Part shown: positions 25,375-38,249 of the stretch, in pieces
Layout of the letters: each line of letters opens with the position of its first letter
How positions within the stretch are numbered: the stretch's first letter is position 1
Origin: Pinctada imbricata
Lineage: Eukaryota
DNA: 64,000 bases
Direction of reading: 5' to 3'
Assembly (NCBI GenBank): GCA_033119305.1
Contig: VSWD01000007.1
Location: 57,858,741 to 57,922,740 of the forward strand
Made by a program: the position numbers and the translations under genes
The notes under the pieces: generated by a model
Told to the model about the DNA's origin: nothing
The model's database searches: none
What the model saw: only the letters and a program-made list of their open reading frames with translations

Positions 25375-25640
25375 CAGTTCATCATAGTGAAATGACCCCT
25401 GATCATCCTCTGGCTGGTACCTTATCACTGTGGCCAATCCTTTACCCACTAATGCCCCAGTTGCATTTCTGTTCCACAAAATATACATATACATTATCTA
25501 ACATGACTTAATATGGAGTAGTTACTGTTAATCATAGGGAGATGACCGCTGGTCATCCTTGAGCCGGTACCTTATCACTATTGCCAATCCTTCGCCCACT
25601 GATGCTTAGGCTACATTTCTGTTACACAAAACATACTTTA
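25375..25640 (-). pseudogene. Two degenerate tandem copies of the SND1 exon-12 5' portion plus adjacent intron (pseudo-exons)
   Basis: A ~140-150-bp unit (cagttcatcatagtgagatgaccgctggtcatcc...ccactaatgcttccgctacatttctgt...) is present three times (25195-25330 is the real one; copies ~25375-25470 and ~25525-25630). The copies have substitutions and an in-frame stop. Confidence 0.7.
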
Positions 25641-25975
25641 TCTATTATGACTAGATATACATTTACAATAGTGAGGGACAAAAACTAATACATGTAGATC
25701 TTCCATAACCTAATTACCTATACCAAAATATACTTTACATTGTATGTTATCATAAATCCAGGGACGTAAAACTGTTTGCAAAGAAGAAGGCATAAAGTAC
25801 GACAGTTATGCATCCCAATATGATTTTTATAAGAACTCCCATCAAATTGACAAGCACTTTTTAAAACAATATATACAAGGCTCTGGCAGAATCAGACTGA
25901 TGGCCTAGGAGTCATTATGGCTTCATGTAACAAAGGATTGAGAGTCTGACATTTAGAACATAAATTGGTACTTAC

Positions 25976-26058
25976 ATTCCTGATATAGTAACAGTACAGC
26001 AAGTTTTCTCGGGGAAGCTATTATTTGCTGGCTGAATGTAATCAACTTGCACGTTCAC
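25976..26058 (-). CDS. SND1: SND1 exon 11
   Basis: Encodes VNVQVDYIQPANNSFPEKTCCTVTISG; donor gtaagt. Confidence 0.8.
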
Positions 26059-26379
26059 CTACAAAACAATTACAAGATAAGAAGGTATGGGAAACGGAAG
26101 TTGATCAACATTATCCATTTTATGCAATCTGGTGATATTATGACACAATAAACAACTTAAATTTCTTTTCATGTCATTTTTTTTTCAATTTAGGCAGCTT
26201 CCATTGAAATTTTTGCAGAAGTAATTAATATTTTAGAGAATGGATACAATGAATGAAAATTTTAAATTCAAATATGAACTAAATTTTAAAATATAATCAT
26301 AACTTTGTCAAATAAAAAAAGTCACATGGCTATCCTAAAAGAAAATTTCCCATAAAATTACAACTCCATCTTGTAGTAC

Positions 26380-26607
26380 CTTCTTTCCGATAAGTTTCTT
26401 TCTAAGAAATTCCCTGGCTTCAAACATGTATGGAATGTCATATAGGGGGCGTGTTCGCCTAGCTGCCTCTCTGGTGGGTTGTCCCCCCTCAGTTGCTGCC
26501 TCAACCCCTTGTGCCCTTGGGGGTCTCACACTGGCAAGGAAGACTTTTCTTGATTTGCCATCACTGGTTTTTATGGTTAAGGCATCCCCATTGATGACTT
26601 CTACCAC
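26380..26607 (-). CDS. SND1: SND1 exon 10
   Basis: Encodes VVEVINGDALTIKTSDGKSRKVFLASVRPP...RPLYDIPYMFEAREFLRKKLIGKK, near-identical to the human SN3 region. Confidence 0.9.
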
Positions 26608-26691
26608 CTATGGTTAAAAATTTAACAATTTACAACTCTACTGGTGCACATATAAGTAGCTTCATTCATAATATCTTTATGAAGGAAATTC

Positions 26692-26800
26692 AAAAATACA
26701 AACGCCTGAATGAATTGAATATAAATACAATGTACATGTACTATCCAATCAATGAATTGAATATAAATACAATGTACATGTACTATCCAATCAGAGAAAA
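26692..26800. repeat. Tandem duplication of a ~42-bp unit (caatgaattgaatataaatacaatgtacatgtactatccaat ×2)
   Basis: Direct reading; in an SND1 intron. Confidence 0.85.
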
Positions 26801-26864
26801 TGAGTATGATGGTTTTACAGTATATTGTACATGAATACAACATTAGTAAGACAGTAGTACTTAC

Positions 26865-26955
26865 TTTTCCTGAGAAGTTTTTGTCTTTCACATCAATAGT
26901 GGATTCTGATGGTTTGTAATCCTTCCATAATCTTAGCTTCTTCTCCTTAGCAACT
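26865..26955 (-). CDS. SND1: SND1 exon 9
   Basis: Encodes KVAKEKKLRLWKDYKPSESTIDVKDKNFSGK. Confidence 0.85.
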
Positions 26956-27158
26956 CTGAAAACAGTAATAAATTGTAAAATAGTAATAAATTGAGAGGAA
27001 TCAATCATTTATTGTGCTTTAGCTACTTGAAAAGCATTTCATTATGGTACATAAAATCTTTGTAGAATTATGGTGCTGCTTATCTTATTGTACAATCTAA
27101 CATAATTTCTTTGTCAAAAATAAGATCCTTAAATAAAGGTATAAAATCTAAGACTTAC

Positions 27159-27265
27159 TTTTCAGCTGCTCTAAGTTTATCAGCTCCCTGTGTGACCACA
27201 CCCATACTCCAGTCCACACACCTGGCAAACCCTTCCCTCAGCAGTAACTCTGCTATATTACCATT
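27159..27265 (-). CDS. SND1: SND1 exon 8
   Basis: Encodes [36 protein letters not shown]; donor gtaagt. Confidence 0.85.
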
Positions 27266-27429
27266 CTGTAAATATGAAATATTTCTATTTCAATGTTGCA
27301 GTACAAATGTACTTAAATATCATGCAGCACTTTATGTACTTCAAATATGACCTTGAGTTACCACACACAGGTACATGTACAGAGGTTTTTGATGTCAGAG
27401 GTATCGTACAAATTTTCCTTTACATGTTA

Positions 27430-27800
27430 TAACTCATACTCTAAATATTCACGCTCTACTCTAAATATTCCTACTCTATTCTAAATCCACGGTAACTCAA
27501 ACTCTAAATAACCCATACCCTAAATCCATGGTAACTTATACTCTAAATCCATGGTAACTCAAACTCTGAATAACTCATACTCTAAATCCTTGGTAACTTA
27601 TATTCTAAATCCTTGGTAACTTATATTCTAAATCCATGGTAACTTTAACTGTAGATAACTCGTACTTTAAATCCATGGTAACCATACCCTAAATCCATGG
27701 TAACTCAAACTCTAAATAACTCATACTTTAAACCATGGTAACTCATGTTCTAAATCAATGGTAACTCAAACTCTAAATAACTCATACTCTAAATTCATGA
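27430..27800. repeat. Minisatellite (~22-24-bp unit, ctctaaatccatggtaactcaaa-like) in an SND1 intron
   Basis: About 15 degenerate tandem copies are visible. Confidence 0.8.
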
Positions 27801-27931
27801 TATTCACATTTACTACAAATGTACATGACCTTGATGAAGTATGTTAATATCCTTTCATGTGAGAGCCTTGAATCTAAGCTGTATTTCTTTACATTCTAAG
27901 AGACATGAGACCATAGGTTTCATAAACTCAC

Positions 27932-28090
27932 CGGATGCAAAACTGTTCCTAGTAAATTCTGGTTGGAAACCCCCTCTAGAATGATTTTCACCTCTCTTTG
28001 TAATAATCGAACTTCTGTGAAATACTTGGCTTCCTCTGCAAACGGTTCACCTACATTTTTGCCTGACTCATCTTGTTTGAACATTGGGCA
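27932..28090 (-). CDS. SND1: SND1 exon 7
   Basis: Encodes CPMFKQDESGKNVGEPFAEEAKYFTEVRLLQREVKIILEGVSNQNLLGTVLHP; donor gtgagt. Confidence 0.85.
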
Positions 28091-29565
28091 CTGAAAAAAT
28101 ATGCAAGATATCGTTCTAAGGTTCCTTAATGCTGATTTGTTGATGACTATTATATTAATTCAGTATTAAGAAAGACTGATTGCAAAGGTCTGAAACTATT
28201 CCATGTTCATAATCGTTTTTACATGTATGCCAAATATTCCTGAACAACTATAGTACAGTATATTTTGTGAAAACCGGATCTTCTGTATTCCGGAATCTTG
28301 TCTACATCGGTTTTTTCTTACGGTCCCGAGCGATTCTCCGTAATGTTTTATAGTAAAATCTTTTGTGTATTCCGTATCTTGTCTATTCCGTACTCCGGCC
28401 GTCAATTAGGGTACCGATCACACTAATTAGGGTTAATTGATCACCTGTATACCGGCCTTATATAAACATCTACTCAGGTGTGATTTGGTCAACAGTAATT
28501 ATACCTTCGGCAACGTATTTTTGGTATAACAAAGAATTTAAAGCTATTCAGTGTAAATGTTTATCATGGCGATTAATAAATAATTAAAGATATAATGTTG
28601 ATAATGCATATCCATCTCATAAAAGACAAAGGAAAGAATTAAACTGGAAGAAAAAATATCTTTGATTGACGATCCGTAAAAAGTACAAAAACTCACAGAA
28701 GTATGGCATCGGAGCAAGCAACTACTGTTAGTGACATAATAAAAAATTGCAGTGATTGGGAAGGCCATGCGCCCTTTGCCATAGTCCCATTCTGATAAAA
28801 AATGGCTCATCAAATTGACAACTCACTGCGCCCTGGTGCGCATTTTTCTTCGTGTCCCATTTTGGTTTTTAAATCTATCAAAAAGTTCTGTATTTCTATT
28901 TACGTTGTTACGTAGATCTACACCAAGAGAGGTAACGTGTGGATCATAGCTTACTGTACATGGCCAGTCAGAAGCACAAAATTCTTCTGTTGACCGACAA
29001 TTAATGCAATGATACAATACAGTATTGATTTTTCTATAACATTCTTTTTTTCCTCGTTCTGCGCCTGAGATTTAAATCTCCAACGTCCACTTACGTATCT
29101 TATCTATGCAACGGTACTTGTGTATTCGTTCGTCCGTAAAAATGACTGAATGTTATTTATTTGCAGACTTTACGCATTATAAAAGAGAATGAAATTGTTA
29201 ATGCAAATCATTAAAAACTCATCCTTGACAGATTTTTCCGCAAAAGGTAGACAATGATATGAAATCTGTTTGATCTCTCTTTATATATGATTAAATCTGT
29301 TTGTATTTTGTATTGATATGATGATCAATTATTCTATTCATCAGTAAAGGTATAGCAGTGAGCATTCTTGTACATATTATTTCAATTTATTTGGGTCAAA
29401 TATATCGATTTTCTGTACACCGGATCTTGCCGAAACCGGCCGATTCAACCGGAACCAATGAAAGCCGGTTTACACAGATTATACTGTATACAAGTATTAC
29501 AATTATTTTCATTAAATGAGACATGGAAACACTAACTGATACAGTCAACATCCATTTATAAATAC

Positions 29566-29657
29566 CTTAATGCCAGACAACATGACTGTTACATAGTCAA
29601 AGGAGGGGAGGAGGAAAGCTCTCACTGTACATCCATCTCTTACATGCTCTATGACAG
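29566..29657 (-). CDS. SND1: SND1 exon 6
   Basis: Encodes [31 protein letters not shown]; donor gtattt. Confidence 0.8.
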
Positions 29658-29776
29658 CTGAAATTATATTATGACAAATTATGGCAATAAATTTCTAATA
29701 AAGTCCATATTTAAATGCTGAATAAACAAATGTCTGTATGTTTACAGAGTACATGGTATAAAATTCAAAGGCTTAC

Positions 29777-29934
29777 CATCTATTGGTTTGTTGTGGTGAG
29801 AGTCTACAAAATTCCTTGGACTTTCTACAGTCCACTTGACATCTCTCACACGACTCGAGGCATCAGCAGCCCATTTACCCTTTGCAGCTGATTTGGCTGC
29901 ATCTTCAAATGTTACCAACTTCTGCTGATTTGGA
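29777..29934 (-). CDS. SND1: SND1 exon 5
   Basis: Encodes PNQQKLVTFEDAAKSAAKGKWAADASSRVRDVKWTVESPRNFVDSHHNKPID. Confidence 0.85.
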
Positions 29935-30257
29935 CTGAAGTTAATAAAGTCAGAGAATGTAAATTCAAACTTGTAATTCTTAAAAGCTTAGTATCAAGAT
30001 AATCAGAGCATACATGTACTAAGCAAAATTAAAGAAAACTTAGTTTTTCAATAGAATAGTCAAAACATCAGCTGATATTACTTTATATAAAATGGTACAT
30101 GTATATGTGTGCTAAAATATGGTACATAGAAAAATTCTTTTCACTTCAAGAGTTATAACTTGTAAGCAAAGACAGTACAAAAGCAGTATGCCAAAAATCC
30201 TTTAGTACACATGTACGAGTACATTAGGGAGAAAAAAGTTTGTTAAAGCTGTCTTAC

Positions 30258-30339
30258 TCATCAGGTCTAAGTCCTCCTCTACGGACTTCTACAAGTCCCT
30301 CTGCCACTAAAAGCTCTGTGATGTTTTCACCTTGAGTGT
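30258..30339 (-). CDS. SND1: SND1 exon 4
   Basis: Encodes DTQGENITELLVAEGLVEVRRGGLRPD; donor gtaaga. Confidence 0.85.
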
Positions 30340-30435
30340 CTGTAAAATAAAATATTACATTGTACACAATGATACAAGCTCAAATTTTCTAGATCAATAC
30401 AATCCTTCTTAATTATACATATATACAGTACCCAC

Positions 30436-30559
30436 CTTTACCCATATAAACACAGCCATACTCTCGTCCTGTCCCTGGTACGGTATACTCTATTACAAAT
30501 GCCACTTCTTTGTTTATCAGCTTCTTTCTCACATATTCTCTGGCTTCCCAGGCAAAAGG
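30436..30559 (-). CDS. SND1: SND1 exon 3
   Basis: Encodes [41 protein letters not shown] (SN domain 1). Confidence 0.85.
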
Positions 30560-30922
30560 CTGTCAATAAACATTGTCTCCATAACGCATGAATGTATATA
30601 GATAATACTGTATTACAGTGAAGAAATACATGTTGTATATGTACCGGTAGTTGATAAAATCCTAAACTAAAAATTGTATGTAAATTGTAATGTTTATCTA
30701 ACTAGACAAAAAGTTTCTGTCAAGTTAAGATGTACTGTACGTTTATCACTTTCAGATTGACTTTATTTAACCCATGTTCTGAGAAAATAGTCAACAGAAA
30801 AATTTTTTTCCAGATATTTAATTAAAGCTACAAATTACGATACTTTTTCATGAGAAATACACAATGTAACAGAAATTATAAGACATGCAAGTTTAAGTAA
30901 AAAAAAAAAAAGTTTAAGTTAC

Positions 30923-31069
30923 CTCATCTTTGGTTTCTGTGGTATCTGTCATGGGGTTTGGACGACGAGCCATACGAGGGGCGGTAATGTTGGAGAAGCA
31001 TATCGTCTTCTCTGGTGGTGGACCTCCTTTAGGTTGGCCCCTTATTACCACTGCATCTCCAGATAATAC
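30923..31069 (-). CDS. SND1: SND1 exon 2
   Basis: Encodes [49 protein letters not shown]; acceptor cag, donor gtaact. Confidence 0.85.
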
Positions 31070-31169
31070 CTGTAACGATGATCAGTTAATCGTTAAATAA
31101 TACTTTTACAATTTCTTTAGTTTATACGTACATTTACGAGGGACATACAGAAATTTTCTGTGAAAATCA

Positions 31170-32060
31170 AATTGAAATTAAACAAAACGTTTTTCATAAA
31201 AAAACAGATGTCTCCCCCCTCCCTCTAAGTTACTTTGACCTTAGGCCAAAATGCAAAATGATGTGAAACCTTTGAGTCATGGGCAACATCATACTAAAAC
31301 ATGAAAGTGATTCATTACATTGTTTGAGGTAAAGGCCAAACATGATTGGCATATACAATTTCATTATAAGCATATTTAAAGAAATTGACTTTGGTCACAT
31401 GACCTTGGATATAGGTGATCTGAAACCTACACTCACTGACGAGGATTAAGTATCCGAAACATGCATGTCTGGTCCATGCCGCAAACTTACCTGCTTTTAA
31501 ATGATGCTATTGAATTTGAAGACGTTTAACATTGTATGGATCATGAGCAACAAAAAACTGAATTAGTGATTGGATACACGGTTCAAATTATAAAGCCTAA
31601 ACATTATTAGCATAGACAATTTCAGCCTGGACATGCTTAGCATATACAATTTCATTACCAAAGTAAGAAGCTACCTTAACCATGTGACGTTGGGACAATG
31701 TGATAAGAAACATTTAGTCCTTAGAAACAACATTCTAAAATATGAAAACAATTGTAAGAAGGGTTCAGGAGATATAACCCAGACAATATTAGTATGTACA
31801 AGTTCATTAAAAAGAACTAAATGATCTTGACCTTGGGCACATGACCTTGGGTCAAGATGATAAGAAACCCTCCAATCCTGAGCAACAGCATACTATAGTA
31901 TAAGAGTGATCCAGTATACGATTCAACAGATATAGCACAGACTCAATAGCATTTACAATTTCATTAAAAAATGTAATACTTGACCTTAGTCATATGACCT
32001 TTGATCAAGGAGGTGTGAAACCTTTGGGTCATCAGCACAATCATACTAATCATCTTTACA
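31170..32060. repeat. ~890-bp block homologous to the start of the 52040-54760 satellite array (segmental copy), in SND1 intron 1
   Basis: 31170-31260 matches 52044-52135, with an inserted ~100-bp segment after it. 31560-32060 matches 52290-52810 almost base for base. Confidence 0.8.
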
Positions 32061-33249
32061 AATTAATGTTTACAAATAATGCAATCATATGACATCAGAT
32101 CATAATTTATAAAGCTTCTTGAGGGCAAAATCAAACACAATTTCTTTCCCCTACAGCTACTTGTACCGGTAGAGTGACCTTTAAAATGATGACCAGATGA
32201 AATAAAAGATATCTTAATTATTGTCAAATACATGCGTGTGCAATGAGCACACTTCCTGACATACTTCTATTTTTTTTAATTTTTTTTTTTTTACTTTCGA
32301 GGCCATTAGTCCCATGTGCAAGATTATACATTTCATTTTCAGAGATGCTGCTACTTTAAATACAATGTAAATGCTAGCTGATATTTGCCATATTGTGTTA
32401 AAGAAATATATACATGTACATGATAGGAAACTTTAGTACTGGTTTTTATTAAGTTCAATGACAGTTGGATTACACAGCCCAAACAAAATACACAAGTTCC
32501 AATTTGAAACTTTTTTTTTTATTTTGCAAATCATTACCGGCTTTCTTTTACAAACTACCTGTACATAATTCTTGAAGAGTAGTCATGGTAGTAGTAAAAA
32601 CTAGAACTGCCCTAAAGCGATGAATTATATCACCCGCAGAACTTTTTTTTCTAAACGGATTTATGACATTACATTCAATTCTGCACATTGAATACTCTCA
32701 TACAGGTTCTTCATTCAAGGTAAAAACTAAAATGCTGCGAAATGAAAATTGGATATTTTGAACCTTTCACCCTTTTAATGAGTGTACTATAACATGTTCA
32801 TAAAGACAGAAGGATATTAATTATTATTGTCTCTTCTATGAATAGACTAATCCCTTTTGCAATAGACCACTTGCTGAAATTTAACATTTATGGCTGAAAA
32901 AATGATGACAAATGTCTGAGGTTGGCAAATGTCTGAGGTTGGCCGGCAACTTGTGCACACTTTTTCATTGTTACGTTTCAATGGAATTGTGTCTTTTAAT
33001 AGTGACATCATAATGATAAACAGCGCCAAAAGATTCGACTAGAGCAATTTGAGTTTTCAAACAAAATTGGAAAATGGTCTATTCTTGCATACAGTAGGAC
33101 GTATTTATTATTTCATTATGCTATCATTCACAAGCACATGTAGAAAGAGGGTCAATATCCTGTATGATGCCCATTTACAGGTCCTATTTATTATACAGGC
33201 TATTTCATACCCAGTTGCTACATGTGCCTGTGCTGTCATTCAGAATGAT

Positions 33250-33835
33250 TGACAGACTACTGGTCGAGGACTAGTGGCCACCCAAGACCAGTTACCGCCC
33301 GTTGCATGTTTAGGGGACTTTGGGTTAAAATAATCATTAATAATGACATTAAAATTTGTCAGCAGTTTTTTTTAATATATTCTTTACCTAATTATACAAA
33401 AATTAAGTTAATTCTGTCACTAGATTTATTGGAATAACAATAAGAGAATACTGACATGAATCTTGGGGGTTGAGGAAAGGGTAATTTGGTTTCATAATTT
33501 TTCATAAAAATGACGCCAAACAATCAGGTTAAGATTAATTTCATTGCTCTAAAAGAACTGGAACAAAATATTTCTGTTTAGAGAAATGGGAGACAAATAG
33601 GTGACATCTGGTACAGCAGTCTTGAAAGATGTGTTCAATTTTAAGCTTAATTTAAGACACTATATAAACAAAATTATGAAAAATTTCCAAGAAAACTCTT
33701 CACAATCAAGTGAGATAAGAGTCAACCATTGACAAAGAAAATAATTGTTAATTACAATTTTTATTTGCAAAGAATCTTGAAACAAAAAATAGGTGGCTAC
33801 TGGTCCAGTGGTCCTCCACCAGTTATTTACCATAT
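33250..33835. mobile_element. Possible MITE-like inverted-repeat element in SND1 intron 1
   Basis: gactactggtcgaggactagtggccacc (33250) vs ggtggctactggtccagtggtcctccaccag (33795), ~80% inverted identity. Confidence 0.35.
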
Positions 33836-34132
33836 TCTGTTCATTACTTGGCAACTTTAAGAAATAAATTTTGTAACAAAGTAGAATAATCATGGATAAT
33901 CCTAAGACAATTTTGCGGTTGAATATTTAATTCTAAGTCTTAAAGTATGCACTGAACAGCTGTTTACATTTTCAAAAAGCAGGCAATGTGGATACTCGGC
34001 CACGTAGCAAGTTCATGCGATTGTCAATTTTCAAAAGTATCAAACTGGAGTTTGTCTTATATTTCAATTACAAATTAGAAAGTGACTTAATTGTCATCTC
34101 CTGCCAAGAATTCGTCAATGAAAATCAATTAC

Positions 34133-34180
34133 CTGCTTCACAATGCCTCTGTGAACAGCTGCGGCCGGTGTCGTGCTCAT
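34133..34180 (-). CDS. SND1: SND1 exon 1 (MSTTPAAAVHRGIVKQ)
   Basis: ATG at 34180-34178 on the - strand, donor gtaatt. It joins in frame to the next exon ([13 protein letters not shown]). Human SND1 reads ...VQRGIIKMVLSGCAIIVRGQP. Confidence 0.7.
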
Positions 34181-34426
34181 GTTGTTGAATGTGTCGTGGC
34201 GGAAAAGGAAATACGTCAGCAAGCTGCGGAGCTTGATCACGTGGTCAAAATAGTATTGCGCAATCAACACCGGAGGCAAGGACTTATTCTTGAACAAAAT
34301 AACTGACTTTATATCAAGACAGAAAATATAAAAGGAGAGAAAAAATAACATTAATAGAAACCAAGCTAATTAGACCAAGCAAGGACTTATATATAAACTG
34401 TTTTATGAAAACTAAGTCCTTGTTCA

Positions 34427-35268
34427 CAGCGGCGGATTTAGAGGGGGGCCCAGGGGGCCCGCCCCCCCCCCTTTTTCACCCAAAGTTATTGATTCAGAAT
34501 ACTCTTTTTATGCTTAATCTCTTTACTTGTGGGGAAATTTTCGGCTCGCTTCGCTCGCCACACTTAATTTTTCATTAGCCGTCTATTTTCGTCTTCACTT
34601 TGTCTTGAACTTTCTTTGTCATCGTGTTTGAACGGATTCATATGTCATAAACATATACAAAAATCAAAATTAAATTAACACTTGAATAATTACCAAATGC
34701 TTCATTTTCATGGGCCGATCTAACCAGTTTAGACAGGTGGATAGTGGGGTTGCAATGCCCTAATCTTCCCAACCTTCCCCAATTGGTCAAACAAAAAAAG
34801 AGGATGGAAAATGAGAGAGATATTGTAATCTTAATATGACAATATGTAACCATCTATTCCAAACATTTCCCGGCTCGCTCCGCTCGCCATTTTAGAATAA
34901 TATATATACATGTATGTATATATACATGTATGGATGACTGAACCAAAACAAAAAAAAAAAAAGAAAACTTCAAATCTTAAAATTTTCCGGCTCGCTACGC
35001 TCGCCAGTATACCTATAAACTTAAGTAAACGTATCAAGAAACTCTATCTTCTAAATGCAACATGCAGTTGGAATGACCCCCCCCCCCCCCAACTTATTAA
35101 TTAAAATCACCAGTCTTGAGCTTCAGGTTTTGGAGGTCCTTTTTTTTTTTTCGTCTTCGACTTTTTTTTTTTTTTTTTTTTTTGCTTGTCAGTTTTTCTT
35201 TGAACAATTTTCTTCGAGCTGAAACTTTGGCCCCCCCCCCCTTTCTGAAATCCTAGATCCGCCACTGG
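34427..35268. mobile_element. MITE-like element A with TIR ~CAGYGRCGGATYYAG, ~250 bp upstream of the SND1 ATG
   Basis: cagcggcggatttagagggggg at 34427 and ctagatccgccactgg at 35253 (inverted). Poly-C/G tracts lie next to both termini. No coding capacity. Confidence 0.5.
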
Positions 35269-35596
35269 TTCAGACTAATAATTATATGACACGATTCCTA
35301 AAGAGTAATTGCTACATGCATAATCCGAAGTATGGATGAGATGTAATGTTTTCTCATCTGACAATTTTGGTTAGTTTATTTTACTTAAAAAAGAAACATA
35401 TTTATTGCTCATACATGTAATGGGTATACTGATAAGTTTTTGGTCAGTTGCATCATATATGATTGTCTCCCGATGAAGAAGCCGCTGGAGCTCCGAAAAA
35501 TTGAGTTCTTTTATTTCAGTGTCGCGCACCATTTTTGTGCTGTTTATATCTTATTTTCTGCGAGTGACATGCACTAGCCCTTGGGCCTATGCGACA

Positions 35597-35752
35597 CTTT
35601 CTCAGTGACGGATCCAGCGCTCCCTTTAAGCGATTTTTACAGAAAATTGGCCAAAATATAAGGGTTTTTTGGAAAATTTGGGACAGTGCCGCGGGATGGG
35701 GGGCGGACGCCCCCTCCGCACCCCTTAATCCGCCACTGAGAAAGAATTCGTT
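35597..35752. mobile_element. MITE-like element B (~155 bp), same TIR family as element A
   Basis: ctttctcagtgacggatccagcg (35594) and taatccgccactgagaaag (35738) are inverted complements. Confidence 0.55.
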
Positions 35753-36167
35753 GTTTTATTTTTATTCCTTGTGCCTTTTATAACTTTAGCCGGTGTATAT
35801 ATAATCATGTCCTTGGCTTATCTTCTTTCATAGAGACGGTCTCTCACTGTAAAATAGTTGCACAAACAATGTTATGCAGGAGAGATCGCGAAAGAGAGAG
35901 AGAGAGGGATTTCTCATTCAGGTTTATAACAGTTCATTTTTATATGATTTAAAGAAAAAAGTTTCAGTACGAGAAATTGGAAGAACATAAGAAATTGAAA
36001 GAACATAGGGAATTGAAAGAACATAAGAAATTGAGAGAAAAAGAGAGAGATTCCTGGTTTCAGGTGTGTGATATTTCGACTTATTATGTATGCTTTTAAA
36101 TGTATCAGAGAGAGGGAAAGAACAACATAGAGAGAGCTAGTGATTTCCATGTTGTAAAACGATGTCT

Positions 36168-36203
<36 letters not shown>

Positions 36204-36212
36204 ATCGATCCC
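36168..36212. repeat. (GA)n microsatellite
   Basis: gagagagag run. Confidence 0.9.
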
Positions 36213-36744
36213 CATGGATATCAGATCGCCCCTATCAGAAAAAAATGGAAATATCTAGACAGTTTTTCCGAATTTAAGATTTGAAGAAGTTATAAAGCTT
36301 TACTACATGGGTTCTCCGAGAAGTACGTTGAAAACTCGGCTGATTTTGCTCTTAAATTCTTGAAGACGGTTCTCGTAAACCCGATTCCAGACTATATCAT
36401 ACTAAATGTTTTAAATTAATTTTCAAAGAAAATAGTAGTAGTATTTTTTTTCCACTTTACAAATCTGCTGCTGTATAACAAAGAAGAAAATACTTATCTA
36501 ATTAGGTAGAAAAGCACGTTCTAATGCGAAATTAATTAGATACGAAATCATGCATTTTTTTTAAATAATCCAACCGATTTTATTGTATATATGAATTTAT
36601 AATAGCTTGTGACATCTGATAGTAATTTGTTTAAACCAAAATAATCAAACTGAAAGAAAGTCAAAGAAGTCCCCGCGATATATGTAACATCAATACAGCC
36701 AACTGTCAGTGCTTAGAAAGAAAGAAAAGGAATGAAAGAAAAAA

Positions 36745-36751
36745 GAAAGAA

Positions 36752-36827
<76 letters not shown>

Positions 36828-36830
36828 AAT
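36745..36830. repeat. (GAAA)n microsatellite
   Basis: aagaaagaaagaa... run. Confidence 0.95.
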
Positions 36831-37215
36831 TGTCAATATTTAGAGTTAATAAGGATGCATATTAGAGTTAATTGAGACAAAAGGGAAAAGACATAATCAA
36901 AAGAGGTGATAATCATCTACCAGACAATTACCCAAGCCACTTACGTAAGTTAAAAGAAGAAGCCGCCCAAGCTCCATCCTGGTCATTTGTCCCTAATTAT
37001 CGAGGTGCGAATGTATTGTAATTACCCGAAAATGACTGTGGCTTAGTACTTTATATGCCATGTCCGTCAATCTGGTCCTCAGTGCTTCATTGACCTTCAG
37101 AGAATAACGATGTCTACAACTTGTAACACCGATACATCTGTACCCGTCTTCCAACCTCTGTTCGTGGACACCAACATTGAGTATACCATGGACCCCGCCC
37201 ACTTCCCCGGGATAG

Positions 37216-37373
37216 ACGATTCCACTGAGAGCTGCCGAGCCACAGTTACTGATCCACTCAGAATCAACGTGTAGCTGCCACCTTGTTGTGCAGTCCCTCT
37301 ACAGCAGCTTTTCCGACACCAGCTCTGTTTCCAACCAAAGCGTGGCAGAACCTGAACTCTACGTTCTTATAGG
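37216..37373 (+). CDS. Internal exon of an unidentified gene
   Basis: Acceptor ...ccccgggatag|, then an open frame TIPLRAAEPQLLIHSESTCSCHLVVQSLYSSFSDTSSVSNQSVAEPELYVLI, donor gtaaat. It is phase-compatible with the exon at 38250. Confidence 0.45.
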
Positions 37374-37376
37374 TAA

Positions 37377-37385
37377 ATAGAACAT

Positions 37386-37472
<87 letters not shown>
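37377..37472. repeat. (ATTT)n microsatellite
   Basis: tttatttattt... with ~23 units. It lies inside the intron of the 37216/38250 gene fragment. Confidence 0.95.
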
Positions 37473-38249
37473 TCTATAAAGCGAAGGTATAACATTTTTT
37501 TATTTGGTGAACGGTTCAACCTATGAAATATTAAAGCATATGATTGAAAGATTTTTCTCCATACGATTTATCATTTATTATTTCATCAAATATTAATATT
37601 TATGACTATGTGTAGCATGTACTCATATCGTTATTCAAAGCAGGATCTTCATGCTATCATTCGCTTTCTTTTCGGGGGGGGGGGTCAGAAACAAATACAA
37701 ATTAAATCTTTTTTATGCTTACGACGCATGCAAAATTTGAAACAACTGATTTTTAAGAACAAAGAAAAAGTATCAAATTATACGTCCCTGCTTGAAACGC
37801 AGTCCATTAAATACAAAATGAAGTAAAAATCGTCTCTGATAAAATTCTTCTATGATTCTTTCGAATTCTTACGTTAATCACGAAAGATGTTTCTATGTCG
37901 TAGAATACTATTGCAAAACCGTACGTACTCTCGACACTTATCATAGTCTTATGGAAATATGCTACATCGATGTGTCATTCATAAACTCCTTTTACAAAAT
38001 ATATATTTATATTTAAAAATAAATACAAATATAAGACTTTTGTTGAAAATATATATTAGGGTATTCTGATCTTCAACGCAAAAATTTAAAGAATCGAAAG
38101 AGTACGTCGATCCTTACTGGTACCTACATTACTTTTCAAACTATCAAAGTAGATCAAATGATTACGAATTACTCTTTTCTTTTTATACTTATTGGATTTT
38201 CTTGATTTTTTGTTTTTATGAATCTAATTATGTAAAATTTTCATTTCAG

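Noticed and set aside
26426-26617. Plus-strand ORF (63 aa)
   Set aside because: It is antisense to SND1 exon 10, which is near-identical to human SND1 on the minus strand.
33988-34351. ORFs 33988-34188, 34091-34306 (+) and 34115-34351 (-)
   Set aside because: Only the minus ORF matters. It contains the true SND1 first coding exon (MSTTPAAAVHRGIVKQ, 34133-34180). The rest of these ORFs is read-through into intron or promoter sequence.
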